Below the pieces are notes generated by a model, which was not told where the DNA came from, did no database searches, and saw only the letters and a list, made by a program, of their open reading frames with translations. Below are positions 28,866 to 38,327 of a stretch of DNA of 64,000 bases, in pieces (within the stretch, counting starts at the first letter, position 1; each line of letters starts with the position of its first letter). Made by a program: the position numbers and the translations under genes. Source of the DNA: Bacteroidia bacterium (GTDB lineage Bacteria > Bacteroidota > Bacteroidia > NS11-12g > UBA955); contig JBDNFC010000016.1 of NCBI GenBank assembly GCA_041690035.1, positions 113,092 through 177,091 of the forward strand, in the 5' to 3' direction.

Positions 28866-29387
28866 ATGGCAAAAATCACAAAAAAATCCAAAATAGAAGA
28901 AGAACAAATTGAGTTTAATCAAAACCAAGGTGAAGATAGCATTGTAAATGAACAAGAGCTATTGGAAAATCAAATAGCTATTTCTAAAGATAAATATACC
29001 CGTCTTTTTGCAGAGTTCGATAATTATAAAAAACGCACAGCAAAAGAGCGCTTAGAGCTAATTACCTCTGCGGGCAAGGAGGTTATTGTTAGCATGATAC
29101 CTGTATTAGATGATTTTGAAAGGGGTTTAAATTCTGTTGAAAATGAAGATGATAAAGCAGGCTTATTTTTGGTTTTAAATAAGTTAAAAAATAATTTGGA
29201 GCAAAAAGGTCTAAAGGTAATGAAAACAAGTATAAATGACGATTTTGATGTTGATTTACATGAAGCGATAACAACTATACCTGCCCAAGATGAGAATATG
29301 AAAGGAAAGATAGTAGATATTATTGAAAAAGGATACCTTCTTGGAGATAAGGTGATACGCTATGCAAAAGTAGTGATAGGAGAATAG
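28866..29387 (+). CDS. grpE: Nucleotide exchange factor GrpE
   Basis: RLFAEFDNYKKRT, IPVLDDFER, HEAI and KGYLLGDKVIRYAKVVI motifs. Confidence 0.96.
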   Translation: MAKITKKSKIEEEQIEFNQNQGEDSIVNEQELLENQIAISKDKYTRLFAEFDNYKKRTAKERLELITSAGKEVIVSMIPVLDDFERGLNSVENEDDKAGLFLVLNKLKNNLEQKGLKVMKTSINDDFDVDLHEAITTIPAQDENMKGKIVDIIEKGYLLGDKVIRYAKVVIGE

Positions 29388-29397
29388 AAAATAGTAA

Positions 29398-30531
29398 ATG
29401 GCAAAAAGAGATTATTATGATGTGCTAGGACTTGCAAAGAATGCAAGTGCAGAAGAGATAAAAAAAGCATATAGAAAATTGGCAATAAAGTATCATCCTG
29501 ATAAAAATCCGGATAATGCAGCTGCCGAAGAAAAATTTAAAGAAGCTGCTGAAGCCTATGAAGTGCTTAGCAACGGAGAGAAAAAACAGCGTTATGATCA
29601 GTTTGGTCATGCAGGAATGGGTGGGGCATCTGGCGGAGGATTTAGCGGTAGTGGTATGTCTATGGATGATATTTTTAGTCAATTTGGCGATGTTTTTGGT
29701 GGTGGTGGCAGTCCATTCGAATCCTTTTTTGGAGGCAGAGGTGGCGGAGGTGGCAGACGGACTGCTGTTGGAACAAATATTAGAATAAAATTATCGCTTA
29801 GTTTAGAAGATATTAAACACGGTGTTGAAAAAAAAATAAAATATAAAAAATTAATTGCCGCTCCGGGTCTTAAAACCAGCACTTGTAGCACCTGTCAAGG
29901 CAAAGGTTCTGTGCGCAAGGTAACCAATACATTTTTAGGACAGATGGCTACGACTGCTACTTGCCCTACTTGCCATGGCTCTGGTGTTAGTGTTAGTCAT
30001 AGGCCAAGTGGTTCTAATCCTGATGGTTTAATTTATGCAGAACATGAAGTTAGTTTAAATATTCCAGCAGGTGTTGCTGATGGCATGCAATTATCCATGC
30101 AAGGGCAAGGCAACGCTGCAGCAGGTGGTCAAGGTGTAAATGGAGATTTAATAATTCTTGTGGAAGAAAAACATCATGACTTTTTTGTAAGGGATGGAAA
30201 AAATGTGCTCTATAACCTAAACATTAGTTTTTCCGATGCTGCTTTGGGGAATAGTTTAGAGATTCCAACTTTGGATGGATTAGTTAAAATAAAAATAGAT
30301 AGTGGAACACAGCCAGGTAAGATTTTGCGTTTAAAAGGAAAAGGGTTTAATGATCTTAGCGGCTATGGAACTGGTGATCAATTGGTCTATTTAAGTGTCT
30401 ATGTGCCTGAAAAGCTAAGTAGCGATGAAAAGAAAATAATAGAAGAAATTGCTATGTTAGAGAATTTTAAAGCTAGAAATGTTAAAATGGATCGCACATT
30501 TTTTGATAGGCTTAGAAGTTTTTTTGAGTGA
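29398..30531 (+). CDS. dnaJ: Chaperone DnaJ
   Basis: J domain with HPD, G/F-rich region, two CxxCxGxG repeats and C-terminal IPAG/GDL/GKG motifs. Confidence 0.97.
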   Translation: MAKRDYYDVLGLAKNASAEEIKKAYRKLAIKYHPDKNPDNAAAEEKFKEAAEAYEVLSNGEKKQRYDQFGHAGMGGASGGGFSGSGMSMDDIFSQFGDVFGGGGSPFESFFGGRGGGGGRRTAVGTNIRIKLSLSLEDIKHGVEKKIKYKKLIAAPGLKTSTCSTCQGKGSVRKVTNTFLGQMATTATCPTCHGSGVSVSHRPSGSNPDGLIYAEHEVSLNIPAGVADGMQLSMQGQGNAAAGGQGVNGDLIILVEEKHHDFFVRDGKNVLYNLNISFSDAALGNSLEIPTLDGLVKIKIDSGTQPGKILRLKGKGFNDLSGYGTGDQLVYLSVYVPEKLSSDEKKIIEEIAMLENFKARNVKMDRTFFDRLRSFFE

Positions 30532-30639
30532 TAAGTATTCAGGTTTTAGAAAAAAAAATAGCTGTTTGGAATTAATTTAGTGTTTTTTTTTCTGCTTTAG
30601 CCAAAGTGAAATAATTAATTGAAATCCCTTAAAAAATAA

Positions 30640-32229
<1,590 letters not shown>

Positions 32230-32238
32230 TTAAATTTT

Positions 32239-32472
32239 ATGCAGTTAGAGATTTTAACACCTGATGCCATTATTTATAATGGAGAGGTGATTTCTGTTAG
32301 TTTGCCTGGTTTGAATGGTAGATTTCAAGTTTTAAACAATCACGCGCCTATAATAAGCACGCTTACAAGTGGCGAAATTTTAATTGAAACGGCCGACAAG
32401 AATATAGAAAAATTTGGAATTAAAGGTGGTATTCTTGAGATTTTAAAAAATAAAGTTATTGTTTTAGCCTAA
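32239..32472 (+). CDS. atpC: F1F0 ATP synthase epsilon subunit (short form)
   Basis: LEILTPD, LPG.NG.FQVLNNHAPIIS and GGILE motifs; lacks the C-terminal helices. Confidence 0.93.
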   Translation: MQLEILTPDAIIYNGEVISVSLPGLNGRFQVLNNHAPIISTLTSGEILIETADKNIEKFGIKGGILEILKNKVIVLA

Positions 32473-32487
32473 TATTTTATTTCTATC

Positions 32488-32526
32488 AACTAATATATTA
32501 TTGCAGTCTGTATTAGTTATAACACA
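32488..32526 (+). repeat. Inverted, degenerate copy of the ABC/GntR operon promoter-operator (partner at 35239-35278)
   Basis: 32488-32507 matches the reverse complement of 35259-35278 at 17/20 positions, and similarity continues into the operator half-sites. Confidence 0.7.
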
Positions 32527-32580
32527 ATTTGTAAATAATTGAAATTGTAGTTTATGAATATTGTCTTTTAATCTCTGCCC

Positions 32581-33315
32581 TTAGATTTTATTTATTTTTG
32601 CAGCCGATGTTGCAGCGCAGTCAGCTTCTTTAGGTTTTCCAGCATAATTAATAATACTGGAGGTGGATGCATTAGCCTTTAGGCTTTTCTTTACATTTAC
32701 CGTTACAACTGCAGCACTTGATGTTTCTATTTCGGCAATTTCTAAAATTAAATTGGAGGCATGGACTGTGCCAGAAGTTGACACATTAAATTTTCCAATT
32801 CGTGCATTTCCATTTAAAGTACAAGTGCCAGATGAATTGGTTTCCAATTCTATTAAATTGAAATTTCCAGTTAAATCTAATTCTGAGCTAGTTGATGTTT
32901 TAATATTTATTTTTTCGGCATTAATGGTTGCTTTGCAATGCATACTGTTGCTCAATGATAATTCATTAATTTTTGGACAATAAATCCTTAATAGCGGTTT
33001 CTTTTTATAACGATAGGTTCCGTTTGAAATTTTTAACATAAGCGTATTTTCAATAACTATAGGTTTAAAGTATTTTGCCAAGTTTTTATCAAAATTTAGT
33101 TCTGTATAAAAACTATCTGATGGAATAATTTCACAATCAATCATTGACATAGAAATAGCATCAAAAGCTCCCGTTTCAATTCTGGTCCAAACCATATTAT
33201 GATCACCTTTTATATTTGCCGTTTCTTCTGCATACTTGCTGTATAGCATAAAAGAAATAATTAGAAGTAGAATTGAGGCTGCTCCTGTTAGCAGTATTTT
33301 GTTACTTGTTTTCAT
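32581..33315 (-). CDS. DUF2807 / head GIN domain protein
   Basis: MKTSNKILL N-terminal anchor; repeated (S/T)SS-x6-G beta-helix pattern; LKANASTSSIINYAGKP C-terminus. Confidence 0.8.
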   Translation of the reverse strand: MKTSNKILLTGAASILLLIISFMLYSKYAEETANIKGDHNMVWTRIETGAFDAISMSMIDCEIIPSDSFYTELNFDKNLAKYFKPIVIENTLMLKISNGTYRYKKKPLLRIYCPKINELSLSNSMHCKATINAEKINIKTSTSSELDLTGNFNLIELETNSSGTCTLNGNARIGKFNVSTSGTVHASNLILEIAEIETSSAAVVTVNVKKSLKANASTSSIINYAGKPKEADCAATSAAKINKI

Positions 33316-33664
33316 AGTTTTGTAGTTTATTGATTAGTTCTGAAACACTAATATCTAGCTGTTTCAATGATTTTAATATTTCGGGAATAACATTTTCTAA
33401 AAAAGCAGTTTTTCTAAGTTTGATTAGGTTTTGTTTGGCATCAGGCATTAAAAAATAACCTATGCCTCGCTTGTTTTCTATTAAATTATTTTCTTGCAAT
33501 AGGTTGTAAGAGCGCATTACAGTATTGGGATTTACCTTAAACAGTACAGCAGTATCGCGCACAGATGGTATCCGTTCTTCATGATTCCATTCATCTTGCA
33601 AGATTTTATCTTCCATGGCCTCTGATATTTGAATGAAAATGGGTTTTTCTTTGTTAAAGTCCAT
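33302..33664 (-). CDS. GntR family regulator (YtrA subfamily)
   Basis: KPIFIQI, IPSVRDTAVLFKVNPNTVMRSY and KRGIGYF motifs; 120 aa. Confidence 0.95.
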   Translation of the reverse strand: MDFNKEKPIFIQISEAMEDKILQDEWNHEERIPSVRDTAVLFKVNPNTVMRSYNLLQENNLIENKRGIGYFLMPDAKQNLIKLRKTAFLENVIPEILKSLKQLDISVSELINKLQNYENK

Positions 33665-34407
33665 TATATGCTGCGTTCTTTAAGTTTGTAAAATGCCACC
33701 AGCATAAAGAAACCTGTTAACAGAGCAACTAGGAGCATACTATCTGCACTGTTTGAAATAGTAAATCTTGTAATATTGTCATTAATACTTAACATTGTTC
33801 CAGCATCCGTAAATGATGAAACCATACCGGATGGTTTAATAAAATAAAATATTATTCCCAAAGAACCAATAAATAAAATGGAAACGATTGTAGAAAAAAC
33901 CATATTCATAACTACAGGGTTTTTCTTAAACCAGGATGCTCCCATAAGGCAAAAGGCATTAGTAAGAAAATAGATTTGTATCATTTCATTGGGCATAAAA
34001 CTGTAGGAAATAGCTTTAGAATTTACACCCATCTTCTTCAAAATTTCAAAAATAATTAAGCCAAAATAATAGTACATAGCAAAGAGTAACCCATATAAAA
34101 TTGATGAAATAAACCAAGCACTAAAAAGTTTATCGGCTATGGATACAGGCAATATTGCAAATTGATACCCTTTGCTGCTTTCTGATGTTTCAAAAAACAT
34201 AAGACTTGCAAGTATGGGGCCACCAATAATGAGCAGCATAGTCATGGCGGTATAATAAAAATCAAGATCAATTGCGGATACAGCTTGGTCTTTTAGCGAA
34301 TTGATAATGATAATGAGCAACCAAATAGAGGTCATCCCAATGATTACATTAAATCCGTCTTTTAGAAAGTATCTTCTTATCAGAAGTTTGATATTATTAA
34401 AATTCAT
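33664..34407 (-). CDS. ABC-2 type permease-like membrane protein
   Basis: About six TM segments; ILPVSIADKLFSAW motif. Start moved to ATG 34407. Confidence 0.75.
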   Translation of the reverse strand: MNFNNIKLLIRRYFLKDGFNVIIGMTSIWLLIIIINSLKDQAVSAIDLDFYYTAMTMLLIIGGPILASLMFFETSESSKGYQFAILPVSIADKLFSAWFISSILYGLLFAMYYYFGLIIFEILKKMGVNSKAISYSFMPNEMIQIYFLTNAFCLMGASWFKKNPVVMNMVFSTIVSILFIGSLGIIFYFIKPSGMVSSFTDAGTMLSINDNITRFTISNSADSMLLVALLTGFFMLVAFYKLKERSI

Positions 34408-34411
34408 GTGT

Positions 34412-35233
34412 TTATTTATAAAGGTTGATGGATGGGTTAATAGCAGCATTAAACAATAGGGCAAGGTTTATTGTGCCAGGTATTTTTAAAACGTTTTTTT
34501 GAAGGGTGTTAAAAGACATTCCTTGTTTTTCATGGTACAATAAATGGTCTTCTTTTAGGATATTAGTGGTTTCAAAAAGAAATTTATTTTCAATTTCCTC
34601 TAAACTATAATTAAATACAATTTTTTGATTGTCCAAAATCAACACTTGGTCTATCAAATTTTCAATATCTTGAATTTGATGAGTTGAAATAATGACGCCT
34701 TGATCTGCGTTAAAAAACTCTGATAATATTGTTTGAAATTGTTGTTTTGAAGGGATATCTAGCCCGTTAGTTGGTTCGTCCAATAAAAGCCAAGGAGTTT
34801 TTGCAGCAAGGCCAAATGCTATAGCAGTTTTCTTTTGTTGTCCTTGCGATAAATTGGATAGTTTACCTGACACGGGTATATGAAACTGTTCGAGCATTTT
34901 ATGAAAATTTGAATAATTAAAATTGGGGTAAAATGGTGCATTCATTTTTAAAAATACGCTACAATTTACATTGGGCAGCAGCACCATTTCTGGTACGAGT
35001 GTAATTTTTTTAAAAGTTTCAGCATTTCTTGTTGCCATATTTTGATGTTCAACATTTATTGCGCCACCAGTAGGGTTTAGTCCGCCACACATCATTTTGA
35101 GAAGTGATGTTTTTCCTTCACCATTTTTTCCAAAAAGTCCGTAATAGTGTCCTTTTGCAAGATTTAGGCTGACATTGCTCAATACTGGGTTTGCTTTTCT
35201 GTAATATAATGAAGCATTATTTATTTCAATCAT
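34412..35233 (-). CDS. ABC transporter ATP-binding protein
   Basis: GKNGEGKT, LSQGQ, LLLDEPTNGLD and STH motifs. Confidence 0.95.
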   Translation of the reverse strand: MIEINNASLYYRKANPVLSNVSLNLAKGHYYGLFGKNGEGKTSLLKMMCGGLNPTGGAINVEHQNMATRNAETFKKITLVPEMVLLPNVNCSVFLKMNAPFYPNFNYSNFHKMLEQFHIPVSGKLSNLSQGQQKKTAIAFGLAAKTPWLLLDEPTNGLDIPSKQQFQTILSEFFNADQGVIISTHQIQDIENLIDQVLILDNQKIVFNYSLEEIENKFLFETTNILKEDHLLYHEKQGMSFNTLQKNVLKIPGTINLALLFNAAINPSINLYK

Positions 35234-35237
35234 AATT

Positions 35238-35261
35238 AGTGTATTAGTTAATTAATACACT
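35238..35261. promoter_or_regulatory. YtrA/GntR-type operator AGTGTATTA-N6-TAATACACT
   Basis: Perfect 9-bp inverted repeat 4 nt upstream of the ABC ATPase start; fits the GTnnTA-N6-TAnnAC YtrA pattern. Confidence 0.85.
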
Positions 35262-35262
35262 G

Positions 35263-35292
35263 CAATAGTATGTTAATTTTTTCAATTACAAA
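35263..35292 (-). promoter_or_regulatory. Promoter for the ABC-GntR operon (TTTG-N18-TACTATTG)
   Basis: Near-consensus -7 box directly upstream of the operator, so the operator covers the expected TSS. Confidence 0.6.
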
Positions 35293-35366
35293 AATTTATT
35301 TATTTTTTTTTTAAATCCTCATTGCCTGCAAGAATATAGATAGTGTAGTAGAAAAAAAATATTGAG

Positions 35367-35699
35367 TTATTTAACTTGTAGATATGGAACATGTTTATTT
35401 TTCATTAATTTGGTTAATGGATTGCTGTAGATTATAAAATTTTTGTAAGTAGAATCTCTAATGCATAATCTGGGACTATATTCAATTAAAAATTCAAAAA
35501 TCGCATTTGAGGATGGAAAATTATTATAGTCGGATTTAACGGTAAATTCTTTGTAATCTCCAGAGCCACAAGTTATGTTAGACTTGGTGTATGTCGTAAA
35601 AGTTGGAATAATTACAGTTTGAGACCACCCAAATTTTGTAATTCCACTTATTATGATTAGCGAAACTGCCATCATTGCTGTTTTTAATTTTGTTTTCAT
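35367..35699 (-). CDS. Small secreted hypothetical protein (possibly truncated)
   Basis: Signal peptide (MKTKLK...GWSQ), A-rich leader, TAGGTTTG -7 box at 35735-35728; no recognisable family. Confidence 0.55.
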   Translation of the reverse strand: MKTKLKTAMMAVSLIIISGITKFGWSQTVIIPTFTTYTKSNITCGSGDYKEFTVKSDYNNFPSSNAIFEFLIEYSPRLCIRDSTYKNFIIYSNPLTKLMKNKHVPYLQVK

Positions 35700-35770
35700 A
35701 TTGTTTATTTTTTAAATTGATTTACAGCAAACCTAAAGCAATTAATACGACCAAATACCAAATTGAATTC

Positions 35771-35789
35771 TTATATCAATTTGATATAA
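35771..35789. promoter_or_regulatory. Candidate XRE operator TTATATCAA-T-TTGATATAA
   Basis: Perfect 9-bp inverted repeat between the divergent XRE gene and the small secreted-protein gene. Confidence 0.6.
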
Positions 35790-35866
35790 TGCTATTTATT
35801 AAAAAAAACTGTTTTAAATTATCAAATAATGTTCGTTTCTTTGTAAAAAATAAATTAGTGACCATT

Positions 35867-36208
35867 ATGGAACGCAACGATAAAATTTTTAATAAAGTTG
35901 CTTTCATAGCCGCCCAATTAAAAAAATGGCGGAGGGAAAAAGGTATTACTCAACCAATAATTGCAGATTTTTTAAATATCCAACAGCCTAATTACCATAG
36001 ACTAGAAAAAGGTAAGAGTTATTTGGATATAACTTTAGCTTTTAGGATTTGTCAATACTATAATAAGAGCGGAGTTGAACTACATTATCTTCATGCACAA
36101 GGAGATTGTACGCCAGAAATAGCTTTGTTAAATTCTGTTTTAACCTCTTCAATAAATCATTCAATTAAAGGTGAGATAAGCAATCTAAAGAAAAATAAAA
36201 CATGTTAG
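35867..36208 (+). CDS. XRE family HTH transcriptional regulator
   Basis: LKKWRREKGITQPIIADFLNIQQPNYHRLEKG motif. Start moved to ATG 35867. Confidence 0.85.
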   Translation: MERNDKIFNKVAFIAAQLKKWRREKGITQPIIADFLNIQQPNYHRLEKGKSYLDITLAFRICQYYNKSGVELHYLHAQGDCTPEIALLNSVLTSSINHSIKGEISNLKKNKTC

Positions 36209-36394
36209 AAGAACAATTAAAACGCGATACTCAACTATATTCCGATTTATTGCAAAACCAAACACTGATTGATAAGAAAGAAAAAACTAAACACTGAAAG
36301 TGCCACTAAACCTCTCTAATGCTATCAAAACTAATACTATCATCTATTTAATTACATTAAACTAATAAATCAAAATTTAAACTAAAACAATTAT

Positions 36395-37942
36395 ATGAAA
36401 ATAACCGTCATCACATTCATGCTTTTTGCATTTTGCTTAACACAAATTTCTTTGTCTGCTCAAGAGTATGATTTAAACAAGTATAAATATCGTTATCAAA
36501 ACAACAGAGGTTTTACAACAAGTTTTGATATAAGAGGGGATGGAGAATTATCCACTGTTAAATATAAAGATAACGATACCATTGCCGAAAGCGTAAATAT
36601 AAATGATATAAATAACAGGGCTTTTAATTATAGGCTTGGTCTTTTTTATTTTTCTAATACAAACACAGATAGGCTACAAAGGGAAACGAGTCTTTTTTTG
36701 AATAGCAGGGCAAATTTTAATCAAAATGGTTCAGGTCGTAAACTAAATGATAGCCTAGTATCTAGCCAAGCAAATAATGCTTCAAACTATGATAACAGCG
36801 TAATTTATAACCAATTAAATAGATTTTATAAACCCAATAATTCTTTTACGTATTTATCTTATGGAGGAAGTGGAAGCATTAATGGATCTAATTTTTTTAA
36901 TAGCAGATCCACATCAGGCGATTTTAATCAAAAAATAAATAGGAATAGACTACAAGCCAATTTAAGTATTGGAAAAGGAAAAGGTAGGATTGAAAATGTG
37001 TCAGACGCGGTTTCTGCCATGTTTATCATCAAAGATTTACAGGAAAAGGGTGGATTGGGGCAGCTTTCAGACGTGCAAACAGAGCTTATAGCCCAAGGAA
37101 TTACTACTGCTAGAAATAGGCGTTTTATTGATTTCAGGTTCAGAATTATTGACCAAATAGCCCTTTTGGATAGTTTTTTTACACTTGCAGGAGCAAAACC
37201 AGACAATGACTTAATTTATTACACTACCTTGTATGACAACTGGTTTTATGCAACTAATTTTTTTAGAGGTAGTGGAAAGCGATTTACTTATTCCTTATCT
37301 AATTCTGCATCTTATGATAAATTTACTAACACCCTAGAAGAGTCTATTGGTAGGGATTATACTTATATAAACACTATTAATACAGACCTTTACAATGCGC
37401 TAAATTTAGAATATACAAGTAGTAAACAACTGAGTTTATACCATGAAAGAAGCTTTATTATTTCTGCTCAATCTGGATTAAGGCATCAAACTGACTTGGC
37501 AGAGCGTAAAGACAGCTTTCAAATCTCCCTTCCATATTCAGAACGGAGTTCAAAATTCAAAAATGGGGATGCCGTAATTTCTACCATTGATTTAACCTAT
37601 TCTCAACTTTATCAACCCAATACCCGTACTTATCTTAGATGGAGTGCATCTGCAAATTATTTGCAGCAAAATAGTTTGCTAGGTTTAAGAGTATCTAACC
37701 CTGCCAAAGAAAATAACGTGCTTCAAACTTTGGGTGCAAATTTTAATCTTAATTTCTTTCATTTTTTCTCTCCTAGGTTATCTATTTATGCTAATGCAAA
37801 TATTCGTGCCAATGCACTCCTTAGTTCACGACAAAGAGAAATTATTTATGCCCCCAATAACTTATTGAATTTTGAATCCAATAATAGAGCGATTGGCGGA
37901 GGTGTTGGCTTTTCTGCAGGATTGGTTTACGCCTTGTTTTAA
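36395..37942 (+). CDS. Hypothetical outer-membrane beta-barrel protein with a central helical insertion
   Basis: Signal peptide; amphipathic beta-strand pattern rich in N/S/Y; terminal ..GLVYALF BAM-type signal. Confidence 0.7.
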   Translation: MKITVITFMLFAFCLTQISLSAQEYDLNKYKYRYQNNRGFTTSFDIRGDGELSTVKYKDNDTIAESVNINDINNRAFNYRLGLFYFSNTNTDRLQRETSLFLNSRANFNQNGSGRKLNDSLVSSQANNASNYDNSVIYNQLNRFYKPNNSFTYLSYGGSGSINGSNFFNSRSTSGDFNQKINRNRLQANLSIGKGKGRIENVSDAVSAMFIIKDLQEKGGLGQLSDVQTELIAQGITTARNRRFIDFRFRIIDQIALLDSFFTLAGAKPDNDLIYYTTLYDNWFYATNFFRGSGKRFTYSLSNSASYDKFTNTLEESIGRDYTYINTINTDLYNALNLEYTSSKQLSLYHERSFIISAQSGLRHQTDLAERKDSFQISLPYSERSSKFKNGDAVISTIDLTYSQLYQPNTRTYLRWSASANYLQQNSLLGLRVSNPAKENNVLQTLGANFNLNFFHFFSPRLSIYANANIRANALLSSRQREIIYAPNNLLNFESNNRAIGGGVGFSAGLVYALF

Positions 37943-38312
37943 AACTTTTATCAAACCAGCGTTTTTTTTGATTAAAACTATTGTGAAAGTGTACTTCGTT
38001 TTAGAATATTTCTTATACAAAGGGCTTAAAATTTATCAAAAAACTATCTAAGAGAAAAAAAATGCAAATTAGTTTTAACACCCGTTGTGATAGCTAACGT
38101 AACGAAGTTTACAATTTTGGTCACTTTAGTGTAAATAAAAAAACTAATTTTTTTAATATTGTATAGGAAAGGATAAAATACTTACATCGAAAGAAAGCTG
38201 CTAATATAGCTAAAGTTCTAATTCTTAATATGGGGTAAATGATTTATGCCTATTTTTCTAATATTTAGCATGATTTGTGGCACTAAATTGCAATAAAACA
38301 AATCTTTTATTA

Positions 38313-38320
38313 TATCTTTG
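38313..38320 (+). promoter_or_regulatory. -7 box (TATCTTTG) for the PKD/T9SS cargo gene
   Basis: Lies inside the track's 5' extension, which supports ATG 38328 as the true start. Confidence 0.65.
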
Positions 38321-38327
38321 CACTATA

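Noticed and set aside
37943-38312. 370-bp intergenic region with a TC-GAAA-GA loop, considered as a c-di-GMP or other riboswitch/ncRNA
   Set aside because: The stem is only 2 bp, and no GGCAAA/GCAAAG core, stable terminator or ORF over 20 codons was seen. An Infernal/Rfam scan would be decisive.
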